Positions 7,209 to 8,767 of a DNA stretch of 8,767 bases are shown one piece after another; position 1 is the first letter of the stretch, and every line of letters starts with the position of its first letter. The notes beneath the pieces were generated by a model that saw only the letters and a list, made by a program, of their open reading frames with translations, did no database searches and was not told the DNA's origin. Source of the stretch: Octopus sinensis (taxonomy: Eukaryota); assembly GCF_006345805.1 (NCBI RefSeq), contig NW_021828293.1:1-8767 (forward strand), read 5' to 3'. The position numbers were made by a program, and so were the translations under genes.

Positions 7209-8325
7209 ACTAGGACGTTGTTGACTTTGACAGAAAAAAATTAGAAAATTGTTAACCTTGACTGAAAAACTAGGAAGTTGTTGACGATATATGGAGCCCA
7301 CCACCCGAAAGCTATTAACCAGCTGTACTTGAGGAGAGACCAGGGTGGAAGAGGCTTAATAGCAGTAGAAGAATGTGTACTGATGGAAAGAAAAAGTCTA
7401 GTAGAGCACAGAAAAACTACTAAAAACAGTTAATAAAGGACAGTTAATAAATGAAGCGCGTAATTGGAGAAAAGGTCAAGAATGAAATACTAAGAGAGCA
7501 CATCAGACAGATCGGAGAGAAACCTCTGCATGATAAATTTTGGACAGCCAATGTGTGGGAAAAAATCTTGGGCTTGGTTGAAAAAAGGGACCATTAAAAA
7601 AAGAAACAGAGGGCTTAATAGTAGTAGCCTAAGATCAAGCGATAAAAACAAACAACTTGAGAAAAATATATATGGAGAAAATGTGTCAGAAAAATGTAGA
7701 GCTTGTGAAACTTGGAACGAGACAGTGGCGCAAATAGTGGTAGAATGCTCCAAGTTGGTACAGCAAGAATATAAGAAATGGATGCACGACCAGGTTGTAA
7801 CAGTTATATATTGGAAACTGTGCCAGAAATGAGGTTTTGAAGCTGAAAAATGTAAGATTTTGTGCGACTTACCTATTCAAACAGACTCGAAATTAGAAAT
7901 TGATAGAGCAGACATAACGATTGTAGATAAAGAAAAACGAAGTTGCTTATTTATAGACTTATCATGTCCGTTTGATTCCTGGATCGTAAAAATAAAAGAG
8001 GAAGAAAAAATACAATCTCTTAAAGTTTGAAATAGGAATAATTTAGAGCACGCGAACAGTAAAGGTCATGTCTACAATAATTGGTGCGTTGGGAACAGTA
8101 AGCCAAGATACAGACAAATGGCTGAAGGAGATGGGAATTGAATACTCGGTAGAGCTCCTACAGAAAGTTTTTCTCTTAGGAACAGCAAAGATTTTCAGGA
8201 GGGCTCTAAGCACTTGAAAGACTGCAGAAAACTTGTAGGTACCTAAGGTTACAGGTAGTAACCTGCTACCCACATAATTCCTGCCAGGATTAAGACCGAA
8301 CCTGAGCCAAACCAAAATAATAATT
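7209..8325 (+). mobile_element. Second, older and more decayed R4/Dong-type 3' fragment (element 2; different family)
   Basis: TRKLLTIYGAHHPKA, LYLRRDQGGRGLIAVEECV, ETEGLIVVA*DQAIKTNN, CRACETWNETVAQIVVEC, RADITIVD..CLFIDLSCPFD, IIGALGTV, GTAKIFRRALST* (stop 8215-8217); about 100-bp 3'UTR ending in AATAATAAT. Contains in-frame stops and deletions. Confidence 0.85.
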
Positions 8326-8435
8326 AGAATGGTTTCAAATTTTGGCACAAGGTCGTCAAGTTCGGAGGTGAGAGAAAGTCGATTACATCGACACCAGTGC
8401 TCCACTGCTACTTATGTTTCTGCCAGCTCGCTGCT
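8326..8435 (-). mobile_element. tRNA-SINE copy C, internally deleted
   Basis: Tail segment AATGGTTTCAAATTTTGGCACAAGG...GTCGATTACATCGAC..ACTGCTACTTAT joined at about 8415 directly to head TTCTGCCAGCTCGC; core and B-box absent. Confidence 0.75.
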
Positions 8436-8440
8436 CTACA

Positions 8441-8645
8441 TAATAATAATAACAAAAATAATCATTTCTACTAAAGGCACAAAGCCTGGATTTTTATGTA
8501 CTTGACTGATACTTAATTTAATTCAACCCCGAAAGGATGAAAGGCAAAATCGACGTCGGCGGAATTTGGACTCAGAACGTAGCAACAGACGAGATATCGC
8601 TAAGCATTTTGCCAGGCGTGCTAATGATTCTGCCGGCTCGCCACC
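8441..8645 (-). mobile_element. tRNA-SINE copy D with (TTA)n tail
   Basis: CCCCGAAAGGATGAAAGGCAAAATCGACGTCGGCGGAATTTGGACTCAGAACGTAG...GATTCTGCCGGCTCGCCACC colinear with copy B; short deletion in the 3' region. Confidence 0.88.
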
Positions 8646-8648
8646 TAT

Positions 8649-8767
8649 TAATAATCACAATAATCCTTTCTATTATAGGGACAAGGCCTGAAATTTGAGG
8701 GAGGTAGATAGTCGATTACATCGACCTCGGTACTGAACTGGTACTTAATTCATCGACCCCGAAAGGA
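8649..8767 (-). mobile_element. tRNA-SINE copy E, 3' part (continues beyond the window)
   Basis: AATCCTTTCTATTATAGGGACAAGGCCTGAAATTTGAGGGAGG..AGTCGATTACATCGAC..AACTGGTACTTAATTCATCGACCCCGAAAGGA matches the 3' half of copies B and D. Confidence 0.88.

Noticed and set aside
4587-8405. Minus-strand ORFs over the LINEs (4587..4769, 4622..4870, 5103..5309, 6047..6256, 6736..6999, 7041..7304, 7490..7753, 8043..8405)
   Set aside because: Antisense shadows of A-rich coding sequence and (TAA)n; hydrophobic composition is a by-product.
4086-8767. Repeated units separated by variable sequence (CRISPR-like?)
   Set aside because: Units are about 230-bp diverged SINEs in eukaryotic DNA; no short constant repeats, spacers or cas genes.

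Overview
AT-rich eukaryotic non-genic DNA made almost entirely of transposon remnants and microsatellites; no host protein-coding gene is supportable. The repeat families look like those I recall from octopus genomes (inference, not verifiable here). Left half (1-4088): SINE fragments, compound (TA)/(CA)/(TACA) microsatellites, and a ~408-bp near-perfect palindrome (1573-1980). Each palindrome arm encodes a type I hammerhead ribozyme motif of the kind found in Penelope-like element pseudo-LTRs, one per strand. A third, unrelated hammerhead lies on the minus strand at 3154-3226, inside a ~197-bp long-range inverted repeat (2787-2983 / 3892-4088) whose outer 105 bp are identical. Right half (4086-8767): a head-to-tail array of minus-strand tRNA-derived SINEs joined by (TAA)n. 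It is interrupted by two stacked, 5'-truncated plus-strand R4/Dong-type non-LTR retrotransposons (RT + CCHC + restriction-like endonuclease), both sitting in (TAA)n. The components belong to known classes (PLE-type hammerheads, Dong/R4, tRNA-SINEs). The arrangements are the interesting part: a fold-back double-ribozyme cassette with an unusually long helix II, and SINE tails that may seed LINE target sites. I cannot establish that any of this is undescribed without database searches.
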